DNA of 64,000 bases. Source: Leptospiraceae bacterium. Its GTDB lineage: Bacteria > Spirochaetota > Leptospiria > Leptospirales > Leptonemataceae. The notes beneath the pieces are model-generated. The model made no database searches. It was not told the DNA's origin and was given only the letters and a program-made list of their open reading frames with translations. Shown one piece after another: positions 29,681 through 40,240 of the stretch. The stretch covers positions 128,001 to 192,000 of the forward strand of contig JAVJNR010000004.1 in the NCBI GenBank assembly GCA_040217195.1, written 5' to 3'. The translations under genes were made by a program, and so were the position numbers. Each line of letters begins with the position of its first letter. Position 1 is the first letter of the stretch.

Positions 29681-30928
29681 TCACTTCGCTCCCAGTCCTT
29701 CCTTCTCGGCTCCCACCAGGATGGACATATTTCCAGCGGGATGCTTGTTGTCCTTCATCAACTGATGGCAGTCGCCGGTTTCCTCAAACTTGAAAGTTTT
29801 GGACAACACCGGATCGACTTTCTTTGCAATGACCAGATCATTCAGGCCTTTCGCATTGTCATCGTTGGCAAAATGGGAGCCCTGGAATCGCTTTTGACGC
29901 ATCCAGAGATAACGAAGATCCACAGTTGCATTGAAGCCGGTGGTTCCGGCACAGATCACAACCATACCTCCCGTATCGCATACAAAAGCAGATGTGGGAA
30001 CTGTGCTTTCTCCTGGGTGTTCAAATACAATTCCAGGATTCTTTTTACCAGTGATTTCCCAGATGGCTTTTCCAAATTCGCGAGCCTTTTTGGTCCATTC
30101 TATAAAATGCTTTGGATCGTTGATTTCGGAAGTCAGGGCTCCCCAGTGATCGTAGTTCTTTCTATTTATGACTCCGTCTGCTCCTAATTTCTTGCAGAAA
30201 TCGAATTTGTCTTCGCTACTAACCACAGCTACAGCTATGCCACCGGCAGCTTTTACGATCTGAATCGCCATTGCTCCCAGTCCTCCAGAACCGCCCCAGA
30301 TAAGAACCGGCATTCCTGGTTTTACATCGTTGGGCTTCCAGTGGTGGAGCATTCGATAAGCAGTGGCACCTACCAGCATATAAGCGGCCGCCTCTTCCCA
30401 GTTTAGATGGGGAGGTTTGGGTAAACACTGATGGTCCTGAACCCTGGTGAACTGAGCGAAAGAACCCCAGTTGGATTCGTATCCCCAGATGATTTGAGAA
30501 GGTGCGAACATTGGGTCTCCGCCTTCTTTGATAAAAGGATCATCGTGGTCCCACATTCCGCAATGGACTACAACTTCATCCCCTACCTTAACATTCTTTA
30601 CCTCGGAACCTGCAGCATAGACAATCCCAGAGGCATCCGAACCACCAATGTGGAAATCTTCGGTCTCGCCTTTCTTCTGACGAGCAGCAATTACATTTAC
30701 GGGATAGCCGAGGGCACCCCAAACGTTATTATAGTTCACACCGGCTGCCATGACAGCAACCAGGACCTCACGAGGTCCTACTTCTGGCACCGGGATCTGC
30801 TCCACTTTGAAAGCATCCTTCGGATCTCCGAACCGCTCCGGTCGAATAAGCTGAGCGTGCATTTTTTCGGGAACCACGCCCACCGGAGGGAGGGTTCCAA
30901 TAGGTACTATTTCTGGGCGATCTGACAT
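29681..30928 (-). CDS. ccr: Crotonyl-CoA carboxylase/reductase
   Basis: [68 protein letters not shown]. Start 30928 or 30937. Confidence 0.93.
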   Translation of the reverse strand: MSDRPEIVPIGTLPPVGVVPEKMHAQLIRPERFGDPKDAFKVEQIPVPEVGPREVLVAVMAAGVNYNNVWGALGYPVNVIAARQKKGETEDFHIGGSDASGIVYAAGSEVKNVKVGDEVVVHCGMWDHDDPFIKEGGDPMFAPSQIIWGYESNWGSFAQFTRVQDHQCLPKPPHLNWEEAAAYMLVGATAYRMLHHWKPNDVKPGMPVLIWGGSGGLGAMAIQIVKAAGGIAVAVVSSEDKFDFCKKLGADGVINRKNYDHWGALTSEINDPKHFIEWTKKAREFGKAIWEITGKKNPGIVFEHPGESTVPTSAFVCDTGGMVVICAGTTGFNATVDLRYLWMRQKRFQGSHFANDDNAKGLNDLVIAKKVDPVLSKTFKFEETGDCHQLMKDNKHPAGNMSILVGAEKEGLGAK

Positions 30929-31021
30929 GGCGGACACAATCCGGAAACCTGTTAATATTTCCAGTCAAATTCTCCTTTTCATTCATCCCGGTTCGTCGAA
31001 TATTGGGAGAGGGAGACCATT

Positions 31022-32494
31022 GTGAGCAAGTTCGAACTATTCGACTTCACCCCTGAAATCGTTGAATCCTTTCGTGAGAACCACGAAATACCTGTGCATT
31101 TCTATAATAAGGATGGGCAGGTGCTTATCCACAGGAAGGAAAATGCTTCCGAAGCTGAAATTGATCGTCTTCTACGATTTATTAAGCAAGGAATCTACTA
31201 CGATATAGAGGATTCGGAAAAGCTGGGCCTTCAGGACAAGGGGCGGGATGTCCCGGAAGGCCTTACAGACACAAAACTCATTTCTGAGACTATCACCACC
31301 GAGCTTAACGATGGTGCGAAAGAGCTTTTTAGCAGCTTGAAGCGAACTTCCATCACTTCTGTCCAGGCTCGTAAAACATCGGAACGACTGGCCAATGCAT
31401 TTGATGCTTTTGAGTCCCAGCCCGACATGAGCGTAGGTCTGGTTAACATTCTGGATTTGATGCAGGGGCGCGAAAACAGCTACGAAGTGGAGCTGGCTGT
31501 AAAAAGAACCGTGGTAGCCATGGCCATGAAGACCCGGGGAGCTGCTGCTATTGGAGCAAGAGATCGAGCCAGACTGGAAGAAGCCGCCAATGTCACAATG
31601 ATGTCCGCCCTGCTGTGCGATATAGGGTACAGCCGAATGACCCTGCCCGACCAGGAAGGGTTATCCGACCAGCAGATGAACTATATTCGAAATCATCCCA
31701 TCATGAGCTATTTAATGATAGCCCACGAGAGATCCATCGATCCTAGAATAAAAAGAAATGTATTATCCCATCACCGTCCCATGAAAGCAGGGACTCCTGG
31801 AAATAATTATCCGTCGATCAAAAGCATTACCACCAGGTTAACGGCCCTGCGAGAGAAGTACAGTCAGGATCCAGCCAGAAAGCATATTGCCGAAGACATT
31901 GATATGCAGCTAAAACTGCTGATGCGAGATATACCGTACGATGAAGATGCTTCCATCCTCGCCGTGGCCTCTGAATTCGCATCACTTACTTCCAATGTTC
32001 CCTGGAGAAAGGCTTATTCACCCAGGCGGGCCGTTCAGATGCTGGTAAACAATAGCTACTTCACCTATCCAGATCGTATTGTTCGTGAGTTCCTGGACTA
32101 CGTAAGTATCAGTCTCTGTAATAATGAAAAAATACTTAAAGACGGAGATTTCATTATTGTGGCTGCTAAATCTGGAAGCGGCAAAACCTTCTTTGAAGTA
32201 GGCCAGATTACGAATTCCACCCGGTTTCAGAGCAAACCAGGTATGGATCGGTTCGCCACAATCTTTCCTGAGATTGGCAAAACACCTAAATTTCGGTTCC
32301 TGAAATTTCCTCTGGATAAGCTGAAGGCGGATCCGCGAAAGGCTCACTATGAGCTCAGCAAAGATGATAGTCGCCACATAGTGTATGCTGTGGATCCAAC
32401 TCATGACCCCGAACTGTATGAGGAGCTATTCAAGCTAACTCGCTCCTCTTCAGCACCTGCAGGACATGCGGAAGCTGGTCAGCCAGCTACTTGA
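31022..32494 (+). CDS. HD-GYP-like domain protein, apparently degenerate
   Basis: ALLCDIG in place of HDIG, IRNHP, SHHR, ILAVASEFASLT, PWRKAYS. GGGAG SD. Confidence 0.75.
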   Translation: MSKFELFDFTPEIVESFRENHEIPVHFYNKDGQVLIHRKENASEAEIDRLLRFIKQGIYYDIEDSEKLGLQDKGRDVPEGLTDTKLISETITTELNDGAKELFSSLKRTSITSVQARKTSERLANAFDAFESQPDMSVGLVNILDLMQGRENSYEVELAVKRTVVAMAMKTRGAAAIGARDRARLEEAANVTMMSALLCDIGYSRMTLPDQEGLSDQQMNYIRNHPIMSYLMIAHERSIDPRIKRNVLSHHRPMKAGTPGNNYPSIKSITTRLTALREKYSQDPARKHIAEDIDMQLKLLMRDIPYDEDASILAVASEFASLTSNVPWRKAYSPRRAVQMLVNNSYFTYPDRIVREFLDYVSISLCNNEKILKDGDFIIVAAKSGSGKTFFEVGQITNSTRFQSKPGMDRFATIFPEIGKTPKFRFLKFPLDKLKADPRKAHYELSKDDSRHIVYAVDPTHDPELYEELFKLTRSSSAPAGHAEAGQPAT

Positions 32495-34019
32495 GGACAG
32501 TCGTTCCGGACTGAAGCGAGACGCTTCCGGCAGACAGTACTTTAAACAGCGAAAGGTGCGATTTCGCACCATTTACTTTCATCCAGATGAATTGCTAGAG
32601 GGCGGATGGCTGGAGTTTCAGCAAAGCATTCAAAGTCCATTTGCTGACCGGGTGGATCCATCACCTGCGCAGTTAAAGGAATTCGCAGCACGGAGCTCCG
32701 AACGATTTCTGCATTTCTACTATAGAGTATTCGATGTAGCTGTGGCACGAGCCCTGGCCACACTTGATACAAATCTATTTCGCCGGCCCTTCATTGAACC
32801 TTCCGTGTACCTTGACCTGGGCATCCCGGAGGATCCCACTGTTGGCTCCGTGCCACCGGCTCTTGCCAATGTCATATTGAATCAATATTACACTAGCCGG
32901 CATTACCTGACCGCGACTTCAGAACCGAATTACGCTGAAGAACAGCATTTATCTGCGAAGATCGAGGCCGTCACCGAAGACCTTTCGAGAGAGAGTAGCA
33001 AAAATCTCCCGGAGAGCCCGGATGTGGATTTGAAATCCGGCCCAAAGATATCCTATCTTTCCAGCTACCTCGACGGCCTGACGGACGATGCAATTCTACT
33101 CCTTGCTCCTTACGGAGAGCTCTGGACTCTGGAAGACCGATTGCGCGAAATTCAGAACAGAAGCCGCAGAATGCGCCAGGAATTTCATTCCCTGTTTGCG
33201 GGGCACGATGGTTCAGAAATCCTCCAGAGGCTTACGCACTACTTCCAGCAGGCATTCCAGAAACATGGTATGCGAAATGTGCTTCAATCTATTTCCAGCT
33301 CTGAGCTCCGAGCAAATGTCAGGGCCTTTATGGAGCAGAACGATGCCGCTGCATTGCCTTACATTATTCGACACTCCCAGGAGATTCGCACCCTTCTGAA
33401 CGAATCAGTGCTGGCTCTGGTGAGCCTGTATCTACTTCCGGAACGTCTGGAATTCCGGATTCGCAGCGCTCTAATACAGGAAAGCCGGCTCCATGCACGA
33501 ATCATGAGGTACAATTTCCTGAGGTATCGTTCAGTTCCTATGGGTAAGACTCCGGACTTAAAATTGCTGCATGATCAAAGGAACCGTTCCAATAAGGAAG
33601 CAGTCCAAATCCTGGAGTCCGCAATGAAGATAAATCCAGACATCCGAATCTGGATGGATCTGCTTCAGGAACATGCAGATATTCGAGCTCGCATCAGGGA
33701 TATCTATGAAAGGTATCTGCAAAATGCGACTCGCCCGGACCAGGATCCACCACCCGGTGAAAAAACATTCACATCCGGGGATTCCACAAACGATCGTACA
33801 AATGCTGCAGCTAACCTGACCGATAGCCAGCTGAGTGCCAGACTGAAGTACGGAAAGATCATATCCTGGCCAGAGCACATAGCCTATGGAAATCCATTCG
33901 CCCGCCGGGAAGTACTGCTAAGTATTAAAGAACAACTACTGGAACGGTTAAGGCCAGTACGTAGCACAACCACTGGCTATTCACTGATACCAGAAGTCGG
34001 CATGGAATTCTTCCTTTAA
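32466..34019 (+). CDS. Hypothetical protein
   Basis: 517-aa ORF, AGGA SD, overlaps the previous gene by 29 nt. No recognised motif. Confidence 0.7.
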   Translation: MRKLVSQLLEDSRSGLKRDASGRQYFKQRKVRFRTIYFHPDELLEGGWLEFQQSIQSPFADRVDPSPAQLKEFAARSSERFLHFYYRVFDVAVARALATLDTNLFRRPFIEPSVYLDLGIPEDPTVGSVPPALANVILNQYYTSRHYLTATSEPNYAEEQHLSAKIEAVTEDLSRESSKNLPESPDVDLKSGPKISYLSSYLDGLTDDAILLLAPYGELWTLEDRLREIQNRSRRMRQEFHSLFAGHDGSEILQRLTHYFQQAFQKHGMRNVLQSISSSELRANVRAFMEQNDAAALPYIIRHSQEIRTLLNESVLALVSLYLLPERLEFRIRSALIQESRLHARIMRYNFLRYRSVPMGKTPDLKLLHDQRNRSNKEAVQILESAMKINPDIRIWMDLLQEHADIRARIRDIYERYLQNATRPDQDPPPGEKTFTSGDSTNDRTNAAANLTDSQLSARLKYGKIISWPEHIAYGNPFARREVLLSIKEQLLERLRPVRSTTTGYSLIPEVGMEFFL

Positions 34020-34027
34020 ATCCGGTA

Positions 34028-34867
34028 ATGAAGCTCTGGAAGGAAAAACCCGGGTTCGAAAAAGATCTGCCGGAAATCGCCGGTCTGGAAATCAATACAC
34101 CGGCCACAGTGGATTGCCTTTTATCTCTGGCTCATCTGGTAGACCGAAATCTATTTCAGAGAGAACTCAATCTGGGTCGGATACTCAAAGAAAAGCTGGG
34201 TAGCCAGACTCTCCATTCTATGAAGATTCTACTCATGCCTGGCTCCTGTGGGGCTGCACGAGAAATCGAAAGACCAGACTTCCCCGAGTTTCGTAACCTG
34301 GTCATAGGCGAAAGTAGAAAACCTCAAGAACTGGGAGTTGCCAGTGAAAGCTCAATTCTGACTGGAGCCTGGTATAAAAAAAGAAACCACGCACTGTATT
34401 ACCCAATTGGTGGCGACAATGGTCAGTTAATTCGGAGTATATTTCTTGCCCTTCGCCTGTCCGGGCCGGCCGCTTTCTTCTTTGCTCTGGGGCAATTTGT
34501 TCATGATTGCCTGCCGGATAACCTGGTTTATTATGCAGGTTCTGAGGTGCCATTCAGACAGGTTACAGAAGATTATTACAGGCAGGAGGATAAGGTTCGA
34601 AAGAACCGAGGCGAAAAAACCGGTAGAAGACGAATAGATAACAGTCGACCTGCAGTACGATTCATGTTTTCTGTAGCTTACTCCAGGACTTTGATGGAAG
34701 CATTAACCGGAAGCTCCCAGAGCAATTTTCGCCATCCTCCTACGGAGCAATGGATGAGTCGTTATCTGGAATTACCGGTGCTGGCAATTACAGATCGAAA
34801 TCACTTTCGTGAACTTCGAGCCCAGGCACGAAATCTCATACAATCGTTCTCATTGCACAGTAGCTGA
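34028..34867 (+). CDS. Hypothetical protein
   Basis: 279-aa ORF 8 nt after the previous stop. No recognised motif. Confidence 0.7.
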   Translation: MKLWKEKPGFEKDLPEIAGLEINTPATVDCLLSLAHLVDRNLFQRELNLGRILKEKLGSQTLHSMKILLMPGSCGAAREIERPDFPEFRNLVIGESRKPQELGVASESSILTGAWYKKRNHALYYPIGGDNGQLIRSIFLALRLSGPAAFFFALGQFVHDCLPDNLVYYAGSEVPFRQVTEDYYRQEDKVRKNRGEKTGRRRIDNSRPAVRFMFSVAYSRTLMEALTGSSQSNFRHPPTEQWMSRYLELPVLAITDRNHFRELRAQARNLIQSFSLHSS

Positions 34868-34879
34868 TACTGATAGGAA

Positions 34880-36166
34880 TCAACTCTTACTCAGCCAGTG
34901 GCTTTCTTTTTCCAGTTCCTCCCTAAAGCTTGGATGAGCGATGGAGATAAGCAATCGAGATCTCTCGCGGAGGTTTTTTCCAAATAGGTTTACTACTCCG
35001 TACTCTGTGGCCACGTAATGAACATCACCTCGACTTGTTACAACTCCGGCTCCGGGTGCCAGCACCGGGCAGATGCGAGAGACCTTGCCTCCCTTTGCAG
35101 TACTGGGCAAAGCGATGAATGGCTTTCCACCAGGAGATCGGGCGGCACCACGGATAAAGTCCACCTGGCCTCCAATGCCGCTAAAAATGTTATGACCCAT
35201 GGAATCACTATTCACCTGGCCCGTAAGATCTATGGAAATGGCTGAATTGATTGCCACCATATTCTGATTCTGAGCAATGATGAATGGATCGTTCACATAA
35301 TGACTGGGGCGAAATTCAAAAATGGGATTGTTATCGATCGCATCATACAGGTCCCGACTGCCCATTGCAAAACTGGTCATTATCTTCCCGCGATGCAGAC
35401 CTTTCTTTTGATTGTTTAACACCCCGGACGATAACAGAGGCAAAATACCATCGCTGAACATTTCGGTATGGATACCCAGATCTCGGTGATTTCGAAGCTG
35501 GTTTAGCACTGCATTTGGAATTCCACCTATACCCAGCTGAAGAGTAGCCCCGTCATCGATCAGCTCCGCAATGTTTTTTCCAATTCGTTCTTCTACGTCA
35601 CTGGACTCTTTCATCTGTAATTCAAAGAGCTCCTCTTCCTGCTCCACGAAATAATCCACTTCTGACACATGGATGAAGCAATCCCCCAGAGCACGGGGCA
35701 TTCGAGGGTTCACTTGAGCAATTACCAGCTCGGCGGCTTCCGCACATGGTTTGGTGATACTGCACTCCACTCCGTAGCTCATATAACCGAACTGGTCCGG
35801 CGGACTGACGTGAATCAGGGCTACATGAAGGGGCCAGTTACCTCCCCTGACCAGCTTCGCGATTTCACTCAGGAAAATGGGAATATAATCAGATTTCCCT
35901 TCGTTTACCGCTTCCCGAATCGCAGGGCCAAGAAACCAGGCGTTGTCTCGCACACCTTCAATATTTCTGAATGGATCCTCCCCGAACGTCAGAAGATGAT
36001 TCAATTCCACATCTTTCAGATCAGATGCGCGATCAGCCAGCGCCGCAATGAGCGCTCCGGGCATGGAGGCATTCCCGGAAATAAACACTTTTTGACCGTC
36101 TTTAACATGACTGACGGCCTGTGCAGGCGAAATCTTCCTAGAATCGTAATGAGGTTTCCATTCCAT
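34880..36166 (-). CDS. Acetyl-CoA hydrolase/transferase family (4-hydroxybutyrate CoA-transferase-like)
   Basis: TLQLGIGGIPNAV, LGIHTEMFSDG, INSAISIDLTGQV, SGIGGQVDFIRGA, VATEYG. Confidence 0.92.
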   Translation of the reverse strand: MEWKPHYDSRKISPAQAVSHVKDGQKVFISGNASMPGALIAALADRASDLKDVELNHLLTFGEDPFRNIEGVRDNAWFLGPAIREAVNEGKSDYIPIFLSEIAKLVRGGNWPLHVALIHVSPPDQFGYMSYGVECSITKPCAEAAELVIAQVNPRMPRALGDCFIHVSEVDYFVEQEEELFELQMKESSDVEERIGKNIAELIDDGATLQLGIGGIPNAVLNQLRNHRDLGIHTEMFSDGILPLLSSGVLNNQKKGLHRGKIMTSFAMGSRDLYDAIDNNPIFEFRPSHYVNDPFIIAQNQNMVAINSAISIDLTGQVNSDSMGHNIFSGIGGQVDFIRGAARSPGGKPFIALPSTAKGGKVSRICPVLAPGAGVVTSRGDVHYVATEYGVVNLFGKNLRERSRLLISIAHPSFREELEKESHWLSKS

Positions 36167-36277
36167 AACATGACCTCAGCATCAACGGTTCATGCGTCCA
36201 TTAGAAATTGACTGGATACCTGGAGGGTGAAACGAGAAATTCGAAAATCAGGCCGGTCGTTATCAGGAAAGATTCCC

Positions 36278-38149
36278 TCAGAACTCAGGCTGTCGGCTGT
36301 CGGCATCGTCTAGAATCTTGAACTCTGTTCTGCGATTCTTTTGGTCGTGGGGCTCTCCCTTCTTATTGACTATCGGATGACTGAAACCTGCACCCTCCAC
36401 TTCCAGCCTCTTTTCATCTATACCATGGTACACCAGATAATTCTTCACACTAATGGCTCTGCGATAACTCAATGTCTCGTTGTATTCCTTTGAGCCGTGT
36501 AGATCCGTATGGCCAATAATTCGCAGACGAGTATTCGGATTCTTATTCAGATATTGAACCAGGCTTTCCAGATAGAATTCCGATTCGTCACGGAGGACTG
36601 CAGAATTCGCATCGAATCGTATTTCATTGACTTCAAAGGATTGCCCTTTGCGAGCTTTTTCAAGGTAAACGATTCGCTTCCCATTAAACACGGCACGATA
36701 ATCTATGATTCGGTGGTACGTTGCATAGCCGGGAACGGATATGGTTACTTCCAGGCCTTCGCTGTCGAATTCCGGTAGCCTTAGCTGCCCTGAATCGCTA
36801 CTTCTGGAACGAGATGGTTCCGGACGAGGCTTATTTTCATCCTGGTAATAGGGCTGCATTTTGACGGGCACGGAAAGAGGCCTGCCAGTATCTTTGTCCA
36901 TGATAATCAAGCTTTCTCGCTCTGGACGATAACGGCCGCTGTCCGGCAGTTCGGCTCCTTCGAAGGCCAGCTCAAGTCCTCGGTTCACTCTATCCCGATA
37001 GGCTTCTGGAGTTTCTCTTTCAAAGGAACCGTCCAGTCTGGCATCGTAATTCTGCAATAGTCCCTCCAGATCCTCTTCCCGCCCCAGATTGGCAGTGGGA
37101 TCTGTGTAAGATTGCGTATCCCCTTCTCGAACGCTTTCTGTTCGACCCTCACTTTCTTCGCTGGAAGGAGGCCTGGATTCGGTTTGATCTTCGCGCATAG
37201 CGAACTGCGAATCATTAAAGTTTAACTGAGTTTCGCTTGAATACAAATCATAGTGTCCTTTTCCGCCAGATCTATCCGATGCGAAGAAGAGAGTCCCATT
37301 GTGGATGCTTAAATGCATTTCATTTTCGGTAGAGCTAAGTTCTGGGACAAGGATAGGATCGGTCCATCCGCTTTCGCTTCGAGTGGTACGATAGAAATCC
37401 CATCCGCCCACACCACCGGGACGCCTGGAAGAAAACACATATGTATTTCCCTGAAGCGGCATCAGAGCGGCCTCCTGATGACCGGAGTTTATGGACGAAG
37501 GTAGAGACTCCGGTTCCGAGAATCCGCTGCCATTCCATCGGGCCATCATGATTTTTGATCCATTAATATCGCCAAACTCCCAGGTAGTGTAATACAATTC
37601 GCGGGAGTCCGGACTGAGCGCAGGTGCACGCTCATGATCCGATGTTTGAAACGCCCCTGGAATTCGGCGGGGTTCAGAGAACCGACCCTGTTCATCTGCA
37701 CGAGCCCAGTAAAGATCATACGACACTCGCACCCGGCCCTGGAGGTCTGCAGGCATTTCCAGACTTCCGTCACGATCCGATGCAAAGAGTACCACCTTTC
37801 CATCAGCACTCCAGAACGGAGTTTCATCATTATAGGGGGAGTTTAATTCGCGGACATTTCGCACAAGGGACCATTGCCCATCTTTCTTCGCTGCCAGGTA
37901 GATGTCCTGGTATTGACCGTTTCTGGTATTGAAAAGCATCCTCTGTCCATCCGGCGACAGGGTGGGCGCAAAATCGGCGGAGCCGGTATTTAACTCATCC
38001 AGAGGACGAATCTCCACCGGCCGGTCTGGCTGCTGTACCCCCTGCCCGTAAGCGAGTGCAGGAGCTAGTATCCCTCCCAGCAGAATAAGCACCATTAAGA
38101 AGACTGCCGCTTTCTGCAGATATTTTCCCAGATGTCCGGATACTTTCAT
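36278..38149 (-). CDS. OmpA-family protein with PD40 (TolB-like beta-propeller) repeats
   Basis: Repeated P.LSPDG..FASDR.G..DLY units. C-terminal IIGHTD..GSKEYNETLSYRRA..V, NRRTEF. N-terminal signal. Start uncertain (38149 or 38194). Confidence 0.9.
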   Translation of the reverse strand: MKVSGHLGKYLQKAAVFLMVLILLGGILAPALAYGQGVQQPDRPVEIRPLDELNTGSADFAPTLSPDGQRMLFNTRNGQYQDIYLAAKKDGQWSLVRNVRELNSPYNDETPFWSADGKVVLFASDRDGSLEMPADLQGRVRVSYDLYWARADEQGRFSEPRRIPGAFQTSDHERAPALSPDSRELYYTTWEFGDINGSKIMMARWNGSGFSEPESLPSSINSGHQEAALMPLQGNTYVFSSRRPGGVGGWDFYRTTRSESGWTDPILVPELSSTENEMHLSIHNGTLFFASDRSGGKGHYDLYSSETQLNFNDSQFAMREDQTESRPPSSEESEGRTESVREGDTQSYTDPTANLGREEDLEGLLQNYDARLDGSFERETPEAYRDRVNRGLELAFEGAELPDSGRYRPERESLIIMDKDTGRPLSVPVKMQPYYQDENKPRPEPSRSRSSDSGQLRLPEFDSEGLEVTISVPGYATYHRIIDYRAVFNGKRIVYLEKARKGQSFEVNEIRFDANSAVLRDESEFYLESLVQYLNKNPNTRLRIIGHTDLHGSKEYNETLSYRRAISVKNYLVYHGIDEKRLEVEGAGFSHPIVNKKGEPHDQKNRRTEFKILDDADSRQPEF

Positions 38150-38270
38150 AATAAAGCTATCGGCAATTGAAGGAAAAGCTTCATGGCGAGTCACTTTTTT
38201 GGAAAAGAATCCGTCTCCCAGGGCCCTGAACCGGTATTATGTCTCTTTCTACGGCGTGGAACCGGGACGA

Positions 38271-38390
38271 GTGCAGATTTGCACGCCGGGACGGGCAAAG
38301 GCGAACCCGGGAGGGATCGGCAGTCAGCGGCAATCTCTCCAGGTGCAGATTTGCACGCCCGAATGGGCAAAGGCGAACCCGGGAGGGATC
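38271..38390. repeat. Two direct copies of a 48-bp internally palindromic unit (period 72 bp)
   Basis: 38271-38318 and 38343-38390 are identical at 45 of 48 positions. Each begins with hairpin GTGCA-GATT-TGCAC. Confidence 0.9.
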
Positions 38391-38486
38391 TGGAGAGGAA
38401 CCGGAAGAAGTGCGGGAACCACCGGAAGCCGGAAGAATGCAGTTTTTTGCGATTTTCATTTCTGCCAGTATCAGCTTTCTTGCCCC

Positions 38487-38844
38487 GGGGATGCACCGCA
38501 TCGTCGCGCGGCCCCGAAAGGGGAGTGAGGAAAGTCCGGACACCGCAGGGCAGAAGACCGGGTAATTCCCGGGGGACGGGTTGGTAACCACTCGTTTACG
38601 GAAAGTGCCGCAGAAAATATACCGCCGGATTTAGATTCGGTAAGGGTGAAATGGCGAGGTAAGAGCTCACCGCACCAATCGCAAGTTTGGTGGCAGGGTA
38701 AACCCTCTTCGGTGCAATCTCAAGTAAGCAGCCGTCCAGGTCGGCCCGACCGTGGCTGTGGGTGGAGAGCAAGGAACTGCGGGGTAACTCGCAGGCAAGA
38801 TAAATGACGATGCTCGACAGAATCCGGCTTACAGGTGCATCCCC
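38487..38844 (+). ncRNA. rnpB: RNase P RNA (type A)
   Basis: GAGGAAAGTCCGG, GGAAAGTGCCGCAGAAA, AAGGGTGAAA, GGTAAGAGCTCACC, GGTAAACCC, ACAGAATCCGGCTTA. P1 pairing ggggatgcacc (38487) with ggtgcatcccc (38844). Confidence 0.97.
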
Positions 38845-38931
38845 ACCTTTTTAAAGCTTCGCATAATCGCAGACCGGATTCCATCAATGATCCATTCTGG
38901 AAATTTCGCTACCTGAAATGATGCGATTTAA

Positions 38932-40155
38932 TTATCCAGCGGAGGCAGCACTGGTACGTATGCGAAAGCTCTCGGTTGTCCAGAATGCAAGAACGAATAC
39001 AGAAACCAGAATAGCCAGTAATAGATACTCGGCCGGTTTCCATCCGCTCTCAGAGCTATGCAATAGTCCCATAATCGTGGCCACAATCACTCCACCACCA
39101 TTGCCTGCGAGCATCAACGCCCCGGCAGCGCCACCGGCTCTCTTCGCACCGGCCAACTCTTCTGACATGGCAAGTAGAAGAGCATAGCCAGGTAAAAAGA
39201 AGAAGCCCAGAAGTCCGCCAGCCCAGTAGAGAATGGTCAGATTGCCAGTCAAGAACAGAGGAATGGTGAGCAACAATCCGGCCACTCCGCAGAAGATCAG
39301 CACTGGTTTTCTTTTTTCTATCTTATCTGAGATGGCAGGAAGAATAAGAGAACCAAGAATCCCTCCTAGAATCATCACTCCACCAATGATTCCTGCATCC
39401 AATGGCTCAACGCCATTCTGCGAAAGCAAGGCCTCAAACCAGGTAGTGAGCCCATTAAAATAGCCCAGGGCCAGAAAGGCGATGACTATGACCAGTAGCA
39501 ATGCCGGTTGACGCAGTATTTCCATCATTTCGGAAAAGGCAGTGTAGGTCTGTACTTCCTGCTCCATCAAATTGCTGGCGGGATTCTCCCTGGTAAGCAA
39601 AATGAATAATACGGATATGAGTGCTGTGATGATTGCGAAAATTACCATAGTTGGCTGTAATCCATAGGATTCGCTTAATGCAGGGGTGGTAGCCATACCG
39701 GCCGCCATACCTGCGAACATCCCTGCCGTACCCAGGCCGGTTGCCAGAGCTCTTTGATGCTCATCAAACCAGTCTGCGGCCACTTTAGTAATTCCATTGA
39801 GTATGAAAGGCTGTGCGATTGCAATCAGAACCTGTCCGGCAAGCAAAGCCCAGAAACTGTCGGTATAGATGCGAACCACGGTTCCGATCGTCATGATCAC
39901 CGCTCCCAGGGAAAGGGTAATTCGGTATCCCCGACGATCGACCATAGCTCCGGAAGGCATGGCAAGAAAAACATACAGCAAAGGAAACACTAACGTTAGG
40001 GAGGTTGCCAGCATTTCATCCACCTGATATCTCTGCTGGATTTCCCCCAGAAGAGGTACGAAGTTTAACCATAATAATTGATTGATTCCAGCAAGCAGCA
40101 TGAAACATGCCAGCACTACCCATCTGTACGGATTTGAAAAGACCCCTTCCTTCAT
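38932..40155 (-). CDS. MFS transporter
   Basis: About 12 TM segments, motif A-like GAMVDRRGYR and SDKIEKRKP, WFDEHQRALATG. Confidence 0.92.
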   Translation of the reverse strand: MKEGVFSNPYRWVVLACFMLLAGINQLLWLNFVPLLGEIQQRYQVDEMLATSLTLVFPLLYVFLAMPSGAMVDRRGYRITLSLGAVIMTIGTVVRIYTDSFWALLAGQVLIAIAQPFILNGITKVAADWFDEHQRALATGLGTAGMFAGMAAGMATTPALSESYGLQPTMVIFAIITALISVLFILLTRENPASNLMEQEVQTYTAFSEMMEILRQPALLLVIVIAFLALGYFNGLTTWFEALLSQNGVEPLDAGIIGGVMILGGILGSLILPAISDKIEKRKPVLIFCGVAGLLLTIPLFLTGNLTILYWAGGLLGFFFLPGYALLLAMSEELAGAKRAGGAAGALMLAGNGGGVIVATIMGLLHSSESGWKPAEYLLLAILVSVFVLAFWTTESFRIRTSAASAG

Positions 40156-40240
40156 AGCATTCTCCTCTTAGTTTCTCTGTTCCACAACTCTACTATCGCC
40201 AAATCTATATCTCTTTAAGAAGCGATTCCCTTCTAAATGA

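Noticed and set aside
38271..38390. Possible CRISPR mini-array
   Set aside because: Only two repeats, a 24-bp spacer shorter than the repeat, no AT-rich leader and no cas genes in the window.
38181..38591. Five overlapping ORFs of 101-136 aa on both strands
   Set aside because: They arise from GC-rich repeat DNA lacking stops, and they overlap rnpB.
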